A stretch of DNA of 64,000 nt. Origin: the human T2T-CHM13v2.0 reference genome, Homo sapiens. Position 1 is the stretch's first letter. The number at the start of each line of letters is the position of its first letter. Below are positions 1 through 14,329 of this stretch, piece by piece. The position numbers and the translations under genes are program-made. The stretch is taken from the NCBI RefSeq assembly GCF_009914755.1, contig NC_060927.1; one strand, 5' to 3'. Under the pieces are notes generated by a model, which was not told where the DNA came from, searched no databases, and was given only the letters and a program-made list of their open reading frames with translations.

Positions 1-1592
1 GAAAGCATGGTAGATCATCAAGTCTCCTGGCTTTAAGGTCTCTCTCGATATATTTGCCCCCTTGCTTCTGAGGTGGTCAAAGGTCCCCACTAGTCACAGT
101 GGAGGGAGAACACCATGGTGTCCTTAAATGTGCACATAAAAAAGCTAGAGATGGCCCTTAGATAACAAACAGTTGGTTATTTCTCAGAGTTAGGACAGCT
201 AAGACTATCCTCATAAAATCATGAGGTTATCACTTCCGGAGGAATCATTTTGCAATATTTCAGCCTAATTATTAGTTTGCACAAGGGTGGAATCTGGGAG
301 TTTACATAGAAGCAAATTAGAGATTTCTGAAGGCTTTCATCTTCAGATGTGTTAAAATACAAGTTCCAAGATTACAGAGTAATGAATTAAAAAAAGATGT
401 AGAATGTCTTAGCCAGAAGAGGGCACTGTCGGAGAATGTACTTGTACTTTTTAAGGAGTACAAGGGAATGCAGAGATGGGGAAAGATCCATTTCTCCGAC
501 TTTTTTCATTTTAGATCTGAAAGGTTATATACCATCTATATTTAATGCATAAAAGAACTACCACCTAATAAAAACCGCCAGATCAAGGAGTAAATTCAGT
601 ATCTCTCATCTACTCTCATTCCCAGAGACAGGAAAGAAACACTTTTTTCAGCATGAACAAAATAATTTTCCCTACCTCCCTCTTCCTACAAAGCATTTCA
701 AATGATAAACTGCAGTAAGGTTCCTCATTTGGTCCCTCTGGTTCTCGGCAGGTTGCTTAGGGGATCAGGCTCTGTTCTCTGCAGTGTTGGTTGTCTGGAT
801 TTCCTTTTATCCTGAGAAAAGTCTCTCTTCCCTTGCTCTCAGGGTGAACGTGATTATTTTTCAGGTGTCTGATGATCCTGGCCTTAGATGGGGACCAGAA
901 TTACAATCCAGGAGGCAGCTAGCAAAACAGAACCTTAATTCAAATGAGCATGGGAACTGGTAAGTGTCAAACTGGAGAAGAAAAACTGATGCGACATTGA
1001 AGTACTCTACCTTTTCTGGATTTCTTGTTTTTCCTCTGGAAGGAACTCATCACCGCAACAAAGAGTGTAAAACAAAGAGAAAGAAGGGATAGGAGGAAAG
1101 GAGAGAAAACATCAAGGCAAATCATCAAGTTGTATGAATAATCTATAATGGTGTAGACAGTAAGGAACCTGGGGACAGGAGCTATCACTTAACAAAAATG
1201 CCCCAGTGTCTACATGGCTCCAGCCTTAGAGTAAAGAACAGCACACAAGGGGTGGGGGATATCTTTGATTAACTAGTTTTTGGCAAATATTTACTTAGAA
1301 AGATAATCCCATTTTGTGATCAACTTGGTACCTAACCAATTTTTATAGCTGCATAGTCTCAGGGCCCAAGCCTTTGAGATTAGATCCTACAGGTGAGAAT
1401 TTAGGGATCACATGTATTTGTAACTAATAAAGGCACTGACTCAGTTGGTTACTCCAGGGAAGTTTACTAAAAAATCATCAGTTTCTAAAAACCCAACTTT
1501 ATCCAGGGGGAAAAAAAATAGTAGTTTAGAATTTCTAGGATGAGAGTCAGCTGACTGTTGGTTTCTTTTCTTATGAAAATTATTGAATACTT

Positions 1593-1920
<328 letters not shown>

Positions 1921-2461
1921 TTACAAAATTTCCTCTTGGAATCCCTTATATAGTACAGTACTGAAAGCCTAAATTGACACAGCAATAAGTACACAGATTC
2001 CTGACAAAGTTATCTCCTTATCTGCTTTTTGTGGGGTGGAGGAAGAATTAATTAGGAACAGATTTGGGAATTAATAAGACTCTGATCTAGCCCATGTTAC
2101 ACCATCCTGAGAAAGCCACCAAGTATCATCTAAAACTCCCTCAACACCAAATTTTATGTAGCCCACACATAAGTTCCTGGCTGTAATGGCTCCTCTGCTG
2201 TAAACATTTCCCTATTAGAGAAGTATTATCCACAATCATAAACATTTTAAATGATTAAAAATTATAATAATAATAAAGAGTATAACGAAGGCCTACATGT
2301 TAACAAAGCTATGAAAGCAGCTTGCAATGTAGTTGTCAGGAATATCATTATAAACAAACTTAATTCTTCATACAGATAAAAATTAGTAACAAATTTGTGT
2401 AGAAAATAAAAATTTTCAAAAGGAATTAAGTTATGAGGCAATAAATAAAAATTATTCGCAC

Positions 2462-2556
2462 CTGCAGTGTACAATTCTCTTTTCGTTTGAGGAACTCCAC
2501 AAACCTGGCCACTACTCCTGGTGTGCTGATAACTTCATCAATAGGAGGGTTAGGTT
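2462..2556 (-). CDS. KPNA1: KPNA1 exon 5, aa 113-144 (ARM region); gene continues beyond window start
   Basis: 95 nt, (E)[31 protein letters not shown]. Acceptor ggaaacag|, donor CAG|gtgcga. Phases match exon 4. Confidence 0.97.
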
Positions 2557-3254
2557 CTGTTTCCCCATAAAATAAAAGAAAAAAAAAATCCTTTGATTTC
2601 AATGCAAGAACTTAACAGCTCAAAACTTCTTAACATCCCTCCCTCCATTTACCATCTCTCATGCTGGAAATCTACCTAAAACAAATGAAATGTCAAATTG
2701 GGTTTATCACTTTGAGGACAGGGTAGTCTGAAATGTTTCACAATGAAGACAAGTCTCAATATGAGAATAAAGGATGGGAAAAATTCTTAAAAATTAAATT
2801 ACTGCCTCCACTTTTTAGAAAACCTAAAAAGCAGGGGGCAAAAAACCCCTCAAAAGACCATTGTTAAGTGTTCTGGTATACTTCCTTCTAGCCTGTTTCC
2901 TGTACATGAGTTTTAAGTCTAACTGCTCTTGTCTGTTGTAAATCATCTTAAGGAATTGCATTACAAGATTCTCAATAGGCCTGCAGAATTTAATTTTGTA
3001 CCTGTAGGAGCTAGCAAGAATTCACGAAGATTGACTTGCCAACTTAGTCTCACTTTCATTCATGATAATACAGTATCCTATAAATGATGTCACTCAATAA
3101 AAACTTATAAGGCAAATAGGAGGGAAATGTCATAGACAATCAGATTAATAACTTCAGCCAGAGACTGACAAAGTTACTGACAATATGCGTGTGGCAATGC
3201 CAGAAAAATGGCAATTAGATCACAATACTACTAGGGAGATTCTTACCCAAGTCG

Positions 3255-3930
3255 ATGGCCTTACTGAAAGAGGTGACTAATGGTTCAATGTTCATTTGGA
3301 AAGGACTCTAATGACATGTCATTTACCTGGTTGAACATTTCTATTAACCACGCAGGTAAGCACAAAAAAACAAATTTGATGATTACAATAAACTAGTTAA
3401 TATGCTGAGTTACAGAAATAACACAGAAAAAGAACAATAAGTCAGAATAGGCAACAACAACAACAAAAAAAAACAGAAATAAAGCAAAGTTCAGCATCTA
3501 AGTTTTTTAAATGGCAATTTTTAAAAATCTACATGACTTCACAAACAAAACCTAACAACAGTTCGTGAACAAAAGCACTAGGGAGTTTAGTTTGCTGAAA
3601 ATTCAATAAAATATTACTATGCCATGACTATCAAAATAACTAGCTACCTTGGACTACATTATCAAAATAGACACTCTTAGGGCAAAGAAGGTAACCTCTC
3701 ACCATACCCTACATTAATAACAACACATCTGAAATATTGGATTCTAGTTATCACATTTTTAAGAGGTATGCTGGCAAACCAGAATACATGCAGGAAGGTA
3801 GCAGAATGGTGAAAGCCCTTAAAAAAAAAAAAAAGCACATTACAGAAGAAAACCATTAAGCTTAGCATGTTGAAAGAGATAAGACTTTTTTAAAAGGGGT
3901 GAGGAAGTGTACATTTCCTTCAAATATTTT
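3255..3930 (+). mobile_element. Ancient CR1/L3 LINE fragment
   Basis: Degenerate similarity to the L3 RT region (taatggttcaatgt..., caaatttgatga...aaactag). Confidence 0.55.
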
Positions 3931-4178
3931 TAATAAGCGGTCTGCAAAAGACAATATTTTTTTGTCATAGTAGTAGTTTTTTATTCCACTTAACCTCAAG
4001 GGATATATTAAATTTTTTTAAATCACTAATGACTCTAAACAACCATAACTTAATACTGGGGGGTTTAAGTATTTACTACCAACGTTATAATCGGGTTCAG
4101 AATTCTTTTTACTTGCCCAGGTTGATAACAAGTATCAGATTCCATTCTACACTAATTATATCAAAAAAAGTACTTACC

Positions 4179-4806
<628 letters not shown>

Positions 4807-5177
4807 TCAGTGGTAAATTGCTAACATTAAAATCAACAATCATAACTCTTTCAAGGAGTATTTTTAAAGTCACTCTATAAAAAAAAGTCAGTCTCTCAAT
4901 TTGAATTAACATGATACTGACTACTATTCACTATAAAGTCTTTTATAAAATAACCCAAAAATGAAAATAATTCTGTTTTCTGATCCTGGTGAGATCCCAC
5001 AAATAAATAGGAAACTTAAAATTTAGGCATGGTTCACAATTACATATATGTCTGTATTTTTATTCTTTTATTGATAAAAATACTCCAACACAAATTACCT
5101 GTGGTATGAAAAACAGACTATGGGAAAGTAATTTTGTAGAGAGATGAAAAAATATACTGAACATATTCATAGCTCAC

Positions 5178-5277
5178 CTTTTGAAAGCAGCTTCCTGAAT
5201 TTCTGTGTTGCTGAAAGCTGTTGCTCTGGGCTTTTGGAAAATATCATTTCAATCATGTCAGAAGTGATGACACCACC
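5178..5277 (-). CDS. KPNA1: KPNA1 exon 4, aa 80-113
   Basis: 100 nt, [33 protein letters not shown] plus one G. Acceptor gatcgcag|, donor AAG|gtgagc, ends in phase 1. Confidence 0.97.
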
Positions 5278-6452
5278 CTGCGATCACAAACAAAAAGAAC
5301 ATATAATAAATTATCACCCTTAATTCAAAGGAAAGAAAGATAACAGATATCATGGCCAAGTTATTAAGTTAATCATACTTCCCCAGAAGTTACATAAAGG
5401 TAGGACAATCTTTACATATAGAAACGTGTAAGATTATTAATAATATAATGAAGCCAAATTCTTTGTCTATCATTAAAAAGCTCACAGTAGAAAGTGATCT
5501 TACTAGTAAATAAGACAAGGAGCTTATTGCTCTTCCCCTCCTTGCTCATCACATAGCTGGCTATTCTTTCTTATCAAAATTAAATGTTAAGTTTTAAAAG
5601 ATGGCTTTTCAAGACCTCCAAGCCTAAAGTAGCCACTTTATCTCTATCACAGCACCATATTTCAATCGTATGCCCCAGCCCTTATTACACTCCCAGATAT
5701 TTTTCTGTGTTCCTCCAGTATACTGTAACTTCCTTGTAAGCCCAAGACCCTGTCTGTCTTACTCTATCACTAAGGGCTGGTGTACTGTAAATGCTCTGCA
5801 ATACTTATTGAGTGAGTAAATAGAGTGGTCCTGTATAAATCCAGCCACTGCCAAATTCAACAGCTGACTCTTAAACTTATTTAAAATTTCTTTCTTGTTT
5901 TATTAAAACTTTCCAGTTTCCCACTACCTTCTTGCTTTATTAGAATGTTTCCATTTCCCACCATAACTCATCCCCAGTATTAGCAGTTAATTTTCTTCTC
6001 AGGGTCATTTGTCAGAAAGAAACAAAGTTCTTATTTCATGAAGGGTAGCAGTCAACAAGATGAATTGTGAAGAAAGCTGCACTAAGCTGTAAATGCTAGA
6101 TGACTGGTAAGCAATACCTAAGAATCCTCATAGGGGAATATATGACGCATTCTACTCAAGAATCAGAAAAGTAACTATTTTCAAAATTGCAAGACTGATT
6201 CCTAAATCAAGGTTTCTATATGATTTGTTATGAATATGTTTGCATAAACACATTCATATATATATATACACACATTAAGCAAATATCTTTTTCTTCCCTC
6301 TCTCATCCTCTTATAGCAAGCTGTACTGACTTTACATTACACTATTTAAGTATTGTTAACTTTACATTATAATATTTAAGTCACAGGCTATCAAGGACAG
6401 GAGTGAACATCACCCAAAGATTTTGCATCCTCTTCCGCAGAAGGAGTTAGTA

Positions 6453-6820
6453 AAGATGTGCCTCAACTTACAATGAATGGGGTTATGCCCCACTAATCCC
6501 ATCATAAGTTGAAAATATTAAGTAAAAAGTACACTTAATACACCTAACCTACCAAACTTCATTGCCTAGCCTAGCCTACCTTAAACATGCTCAGAACACA
6601 TACATTAGCCTACAGCTGAACAAATGATCTAACACAAAGCCTATTTTATAATAAAGTGGTTGACTATCTCGTGTAATTTACTTAATACTGTACTGAAAAT
6701 GAGAAACAGAGTGACTGTATGGGTATTCAAAATACAGTTCCTACTGATTGCATATTGCTTTCACACCACTGTAAAGTTGAAAAATCCTGACTTGAACCCT
6801 CCTAAGTCAAGAACCATCCA
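6453..6820 (+). mobile_element. TcMar-Tigger MITE (MER47A-like)
   Basis: About 368 bp, TA-flanked, matches the recalled consensus cagatgctcctcgacttacgatggggttac...gaccgtctg. Subfamily name less certain. Confidence 0.7.
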
Positions 6821-6855
6821 TACATTTTTAGTTGCACAAAGGAAAGTTGTAATCT

Positions 6856-7021
6856 GGCTGGGTGCGGTGGCTCACGCCTGTAATCCCAACACTTTGGGAA
6901 GCCAAGGCGGGTGGATCACGAGGTCAGGAGTTCAAGACCAACCTGGCCAATATGGTGAAACCCTGTCTCTACTAAAACTACAAAAAAATTAGCTGGGGGT
7001 AGTGGCGCACGCCTGTAGTCC
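6856..7021 (+). mobile_element. 3'-truncated Alu
   Basis: Left arm plus start of right arm, stops at CCTGTAGTCC with no tail. Confidence 0.9.
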
Positions 7022-7022
7022 A

Positions 7023-7236
7023 AGTTGGCCTCATCCAATCAGTTGAAACCCTTAAAAGCAAAGACTAGGTTTTCTGAAGAAAAGGGATTCAACAACATCA
7101 ACTCTTAACCTGAATTTATAGTGGGCCAGTGTGCCCTACAGATTTCACACTTGCCAGCTCCCAAAGACACGAGCCACTTTCTTAAACTAAATTTCTTTCT
7201 CTCATTGGTTCTGTTTCTCTGGAGAACCCTAATACA
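7023..7236 (+). mobile_element. MLT2 (ERVL) LTR 3' half
   Basis: ggcctcatccaatcagttgaa...ttggttctgtttctctggagaaccctaataca terminus typical of MLT2. Confidence 0.8.
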
Positions 7237-7961
7237 ATCCATAAAACACTTTATATTCACTTAACACTCTCTTCTTAAAAAAATTGGAAAGACTGGCTTT
7301 CTGAAGGGCCTAGAAACTTTCATCACAAAATGATGGCATTGGCTATGTCTGTATGAATTCCAAAGGAAATAATACTACCCTCCCAACTCTCAAAGAAAGC
7401 TGGTTCATGTAAACTGGAGATCTATGAAATGAAATAAAAATAAAAACTACAAAATACTATGAATAGTATGCCACCATTTACCAAAAAAAAAGGTGGGGGA
7501 GAGGAGAACATTTTAATATACAAAAGTTCTCAGAAAGAATAAATAGGAATTTAGTAATACTAGTTGCCAATGGAGAAAAATACTAGGTGGCTAAGCGGAA
7601 GAAAGATTTTTCTTCATTTTTTTTAATTGTACTTTTTTTGTTACTACAAACAACAGTACCTTTTAGGAGATAATTTTCTTTTTAAAAAAACTGTGTGTGT
7701 GTACACATATATATATATGTACACATATATAACCTATTTTTAAAATTACGTAATTACAATACTCTAGAAATCTAGATAGGTCTAATCCATACAAATAAAG
7801 CATGACTTTTATCTCTTCATGTTAACTTCAAAAAAGTAACAAAATGGTTTACAACAGAAAAATCCAAGAGTTCTGATGTGGAATCAAGTTTTTAAATCAT
7901 ACAAACAGGTCAATTTTGTAAATCAATAAAAAATCATCATTTTCTTTAAAGTATCTCTTAT

Positions 7962-8286
<325 letters not shown>

Positions 8287-8553
8287 GGTGTCTATTCTTA
8301 TTCAACTTTTAAAGAGTAATTTTATCTTATAATTAGCTTGTTAAGTTTTTAGAGCAGAATTAATCTTTATAATTTAACTGCACTTTATCCAAAATATAAT
8401 AAACATTTAATGAACCATGAGATTAAGCATATTCTTTTTAAAAATGAAATGCCAAGTACTTTTTGTAGCCATCTAACCTTTTTTAAAACTCAAAAGGAAA
8501 TCTACATCTCATATCTTCATCACAAAAACACTGAAAAGAGTTCATTATCTTAC

Positions 8554-8661
8554 TGGTGCCATCTCCATGTTATTAATCTGAGCCTCATGAAAGCCTCCAT
8601 CTGACATAACTTCTTCTTCTGTTTCTTCTTCTGCTGTAGCAACATTTCTCCGCTTGAATAA
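8554..8661 (-). CDS. KPNA1: KPNA1 exon 3, aa 44-79
   Basis: 108 nt, LFKRRNVATAEEETEEEVMSDGGFHEAQINNMEMAP (autoinhibitory KRR motif). Acceptor atctttcag|, donor CCA|gtaaga. In frame with exon 2. Confidence 0.97.
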
Positions 8662-10308
8662 CTGAAAGATAAAAGATTGGTAGCAATGTAAATGTAAATT
8701 CTAACACAAGGGAGTTCAACATTCAAATACTAGGCACCCCATTCAAAGTGAAGTCTTTGAAAATCATTTTTAAAATTCTAAAGCTGTCAGCTTTTACTGA
8801 TGAGTAACCATTTCAGATTTCTCCATAGTCTTATAATCAAATATAATTAACTATTACAACATGCTATAAAAACACTTGATAATGTAAAACTTACTAAGAG
8901 AGGTCTGACACTATATGACATTAAAAAAAAAAAGGTTGGAAAAAGGAGCTGGGTCATGCTTGGCCATTTTCCTCATCCCTTTATGTAAAGTATACATCAG
9001 GACAGTCCTAACAATGTACCAAGGAAAATGAAAATAAAAACTATGTTCAAATGACTTAATACTTCCCTCCTAATCTCCAAAGATGGTGGACTGTGGCTTC
9101 TGACCTTCCCAACCTATCCAGCAACCAGTGGCAACAAATGATGACTGCTTAAGCACTACCTTTAAAGCAGCTCCGTTAATGTGTATAGGCAAAGGAGACT
9201 AGTTCTCTCCAAAGTCAGCCAACGAGGGTGATTACCATTATATCCTTATGAATCCTGGGCAGCACATTTATTCATCAAGCCATGATGGAGTAACAGTAAC
9301 TTACCCTCTCTCACGCTGAACAACTAAAAACAGACAAAATACATAAAATAATGTTTCAGCCATTGGACAATAAAAACCACAGAGTAGTGATATCTCAGAA
9401 AGAAAAACCCAAGATAAGCCCCAATACTGCCTCAGATTACTATGCAGACAGTTCCAGGCTGCAGTGCAGGAAAGGTAAACTCAACCAGAGTTTAGATGCT
9501 CCTTGGATTTGAGAAAACACAGTTCAGAGCTGAGAAGGCCAAGAGACCTAAAATTCATAACGCAGAGTACAACACAAAAAGAACACCCAAGATCTACAGG
9601 AGGTTCTCTCTGAGATTTAACTTAATACTAATCAGCACATAATCATATTCTTTCAGAAGACAGAAGCAGAGACAGTACTTCTCAACTCATTCTAGGAGAT
9701 CAGCATTACTCTTAATACCAAAACCACCTACCAAAGGCCTATTTAACAGTAGTTTCTTTTACCCAGTACATGTCCAGCTATCAAGAAAAAATTACAAGGC
9801 ATACTAAAATATAAAAAACACATTTTGAAGAGACAGAGCAAGTATCAGAACCAGATTCAGCCACGGCAGTGATGTTGAGATTATCGGACCAAGAATTTAA
9901 AACTACGATTAATATGCTAAGGGCTTTAAATGGATAAAGTGGACAGCATACAAGAACAGATAGGCAATGTAAGGAGAGAGATGGAAATTCTAAAAAAGAA
10001 CTAAAAAGAAATGCAAGAGATCAACAACAACAGAAATGAAGAATGCCTTTGATCGACTTTTTAGTAAACAAGACACAGCTAAGGAAATAATCTCTGAGCT
10101 TAAGGAAATCTCATTCGAAATCTTTAAAACTGAAAAGAAAACAGAAAAAGGACTGACACAAATAGAACAGAGTATCTATGAACTGAAACAACTACAAATG
10201 GTATAATAAACATGGAATGGAACTATCAGGAGGAGAGGAAAGAACAAAAGAAATATTTGACACAATAATGACTGAGAATTTCCCCCAAATTAGTATCAGA
10301 CACCAAAC

Positions 10309-10892
10309 TGTAGCAGGCCATGTCTCATTAATGCAGGGCTCCATAACAACTGTTTCAGTACTGACTGACTGGTTAAGTTAAATATTAAAAGCTAAAAAAA
10401 GCCAGTGCCCTTATACAAAGGCTGGAATCTAACAAAAGCCCACCAAGAGTTTTGCCTAGGCCTTTCCTGGGCCTTAAAGCATAACAAAGAAATTCCCCAG
10501 GCCTCCACAAACAAGTTTATTGGATGTCTGAAAGAACTCCCCAAACCTCCACGAGCAGGAGACAAGATAAGGGTAATCACCTCAGCACCTAGATTAAGTA
10601 AATTTACTGAGACTCCAGAGGAAGGTCTTCAAGACTCAGACCTTAGTTACAGATTAAAAGAAGTTTCATCACTTATGTCTTTAGATGAATACACACTTAC
10701 ACGCAGACATATAGCTTAAAAGGTATATAATATCTGGAAAACTTTGTAATTTCGAGTTGGTCTGGCAATAATTTCTAGGCCTTCTCCCTGTAACCAGGTA
10801 CAAAAATAAAAACTCTCTTCCTCCCCAGTTCATCTGCATCTTGTTATTGGGCCATGAGAAACAGCAGCCCAACCCAGTTTGGTCTGGGAACA
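10309..10892 (+). mobile_element. Solo LTR, ERV1 class (family not assigned)
   Basis: TG...CA ends, 4-bp TSD AAAC (10305-10308 and 10893-10896), TATATAA at 10724, AATAAA at 10805. Splits L1 ORF1. Confidence 0.85.
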
Positions 10893-11461
10893 AAACCACT
10901 GGAAGCCCAGAGAACACCAAGCTGGACAAAGGCCAAAAAAATCCCACTACACCTAGGGATATCATTTTCAAACAACAGAAAATCAGAAATAAAGGAAAAA
11001 CAATCCTAAAAGACAAGGGTAAAAACACTGTACTTAACACATGAATAAAGATAAGAATGATAACCACACATGCCAGAAGAAAGTGAAGTGAAATATTTGA
11101 AGTGTTGAGAGAGAAAACCACCAACCTAGAAACTCTGAACCTTGCAAAATCATCCTTCAAAAGTGGAAACAAAAATAAAGATTTTTTTCAGAATACTAAG
11201 GAAATTTATTGTCAGTAGACCTGCTTTGCAAGAAATGTTAAACGAAATTCTTTGGCAAAAAGGAAATGATACAGGTCAGAAACTTGGATCTACATAAAGG
11301 AAGAACATCAAAGAATGAATAAGTGAATGTAAAATTAAAACATCTTAAAAATTGATTTAGCAGGTAAAATTTTGTTTAAAATAGCAACAATGCATTTGAT
11401 TATGTAAGCTAATGTGTATATACATAAGATTACAAACATTTCTGTATAAGCTAAATAAGTA

Positions 11462-11798
<337 letters not shown>

Positions 11799-12196
11799 TT
11801 AAATGAGTTAACAGCAATGATACAAGGAATGGAAGGGAGAAACAGGATTATCTTATAGTAAGATACACTACCTGTTAAAAGGTATAGTGTTATTTTAAAG
11901 CAGATTTGAGGTAGTTGTAAATATACATTTACAATCTAGGACATTCTAGGACAACCACTAAGCAAAGTAAAAAAGTACAATTGATATGCTAAGAAAGAAC
12001 AGAAAATGGAAATCATATAAAATGCTCAATTAAAACCACAAAGGCAGAAAAAGAGTGAAAGACAAAACTAGAAACAAAAAAAAAAGGCTAACAAATAGAA
12101 ATCAGTAACAAATATGGTAAATATCAATCCAACTATCTTTGCAATTCCTTTGACTGTCAATAGTCTAAGTGCACCAATTAAAAGAGATTGTCAGAT

Positions 12197-12449
12197 ACAT
12201 CTTGGAGTCATCCTATTCAGGGGTGAGGGAACTGGAGTATTATTTATATATCATCTTCCATCATTGGTTCAAGGTTGTTGGGGAATGTTAATTTCCTAGT
12301 ACCTGCAACTTGTCACACAGATGCAAAATTGGAATTCAGTGGCCACAGAAAGTCCTCAGATAAAGAAATGCAGGTTCTGACATAGAAGCTGGGCCTGCAT
12401 ACAATGCAGGGGTGAGAGTAAGGGCAGGAAATGGAAGAGGTCAGCTATA
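12197..12449 (-). mobile_element. Old ERVL LTR fragment (LTR33-like) inside a TSD-flanked insert
   Basis: agggaactggagtatt...tcattggttcaaggttg...gttaatttcctag resembles LTR33. Confidence 0.5.
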
Positions 12450-12765
12450 AAATACCTTTATATTTGTCAACATAATCACTCTACACCTTTATATTTAGTC
12501 CCGCAATTCCTTGAAAGTTCGCAGTATGTCCCAAAATGCAAACTGTTTTGCTTATACAATGTTTTCCTTCACTGATTTCAATTTGACAGTTAATATTCAG
12601 TTCAATATTCTAAATAAATCGGCATTTTGGCAAAAAATAAAGACTAAAAGAGACTGTCGAAGTGGATCACAAAACAAGAACCGACTGGATGTGGTTTACA
12701 AGAAACCCACTTTAAATAAAAACACAGATTAAAAGTAAATAGATGGAGAAATATATATCATATTA

Positions 12766-13083
<318 letters not shown>

Positions 13084-14023
13084 TTATCAAGGATAACTTT
13101 TATCAAGGATAAAAATAAGGATAAAAAGACATAACAATGCTTAGCGTGTATAAGCCTAACAACAAAGTGCCTGTGTAGGCAAAAACTGATAGAATTGCAA
13201 AGAGAAATAAATGAATTCACTATTATAGTTGGACACTTCAACACCTCTCTATCAGAAACGGCCAGATCAAGCAGGGAGAAAACCAGTAAGGACATAATTG
13301 AACTCAACATTAATCAACTGGATATAATGAACATTCACAGATTATGTCACAGAAGAAATAACAGAATATACATTTTTACACTCATAGGATATTCATCAAG
13401 ATAGACCACATTCTGGGCCATAAAACAAACCTTAACACATTCAAAAGAACAAGTTATAAAATGCCTCCTCTCAGGTCACAATAAAATTAAATTACAAATC
13501 AATAACAGAAATATAATTTTTAAAAAAAACCCAAGTACTTGGAGATTAAACAACACACTTCTAATAACACATAGGTCAAAAAAGAGATCTCAAGAGAAAT
13601 TTTAAAATATTTTGAGCTAAATGAAAATGAAGACACAACTTATCAAAATCTATGGGATGACGTGAAAGCAGTGCTTAGAGGGAAATTCATAGCATTGAAT
13701 GCATTTACCAGAAAAGACAAAAGATCTAAAATCACCTAATCAATCACCTTAAAAAAACAGAAAAAGAAGCAGCGAATTAAATCCAAAGTTAGCAGAAGAA
13801 TAAAAACAAGAGCAGATATCAATGTAACTGAAAACAGGAAATCAACTGAGAAAAATCAATGAAAAAACCAAAAGCTGGTTCTTTGAAAAGACCAATTAAA
13901 TCATAAACCTCTAGCCAAGTAGACTAACAAAAAGACAGAGGACACAAACTCCTAATATCAGAACTCAAAGAAAGAAAATCACTACAAATCTCATGAACAT
14001 TAAAAGGACAATAAAATAATACT

Positions 14024-14329
<306 letters not shown>

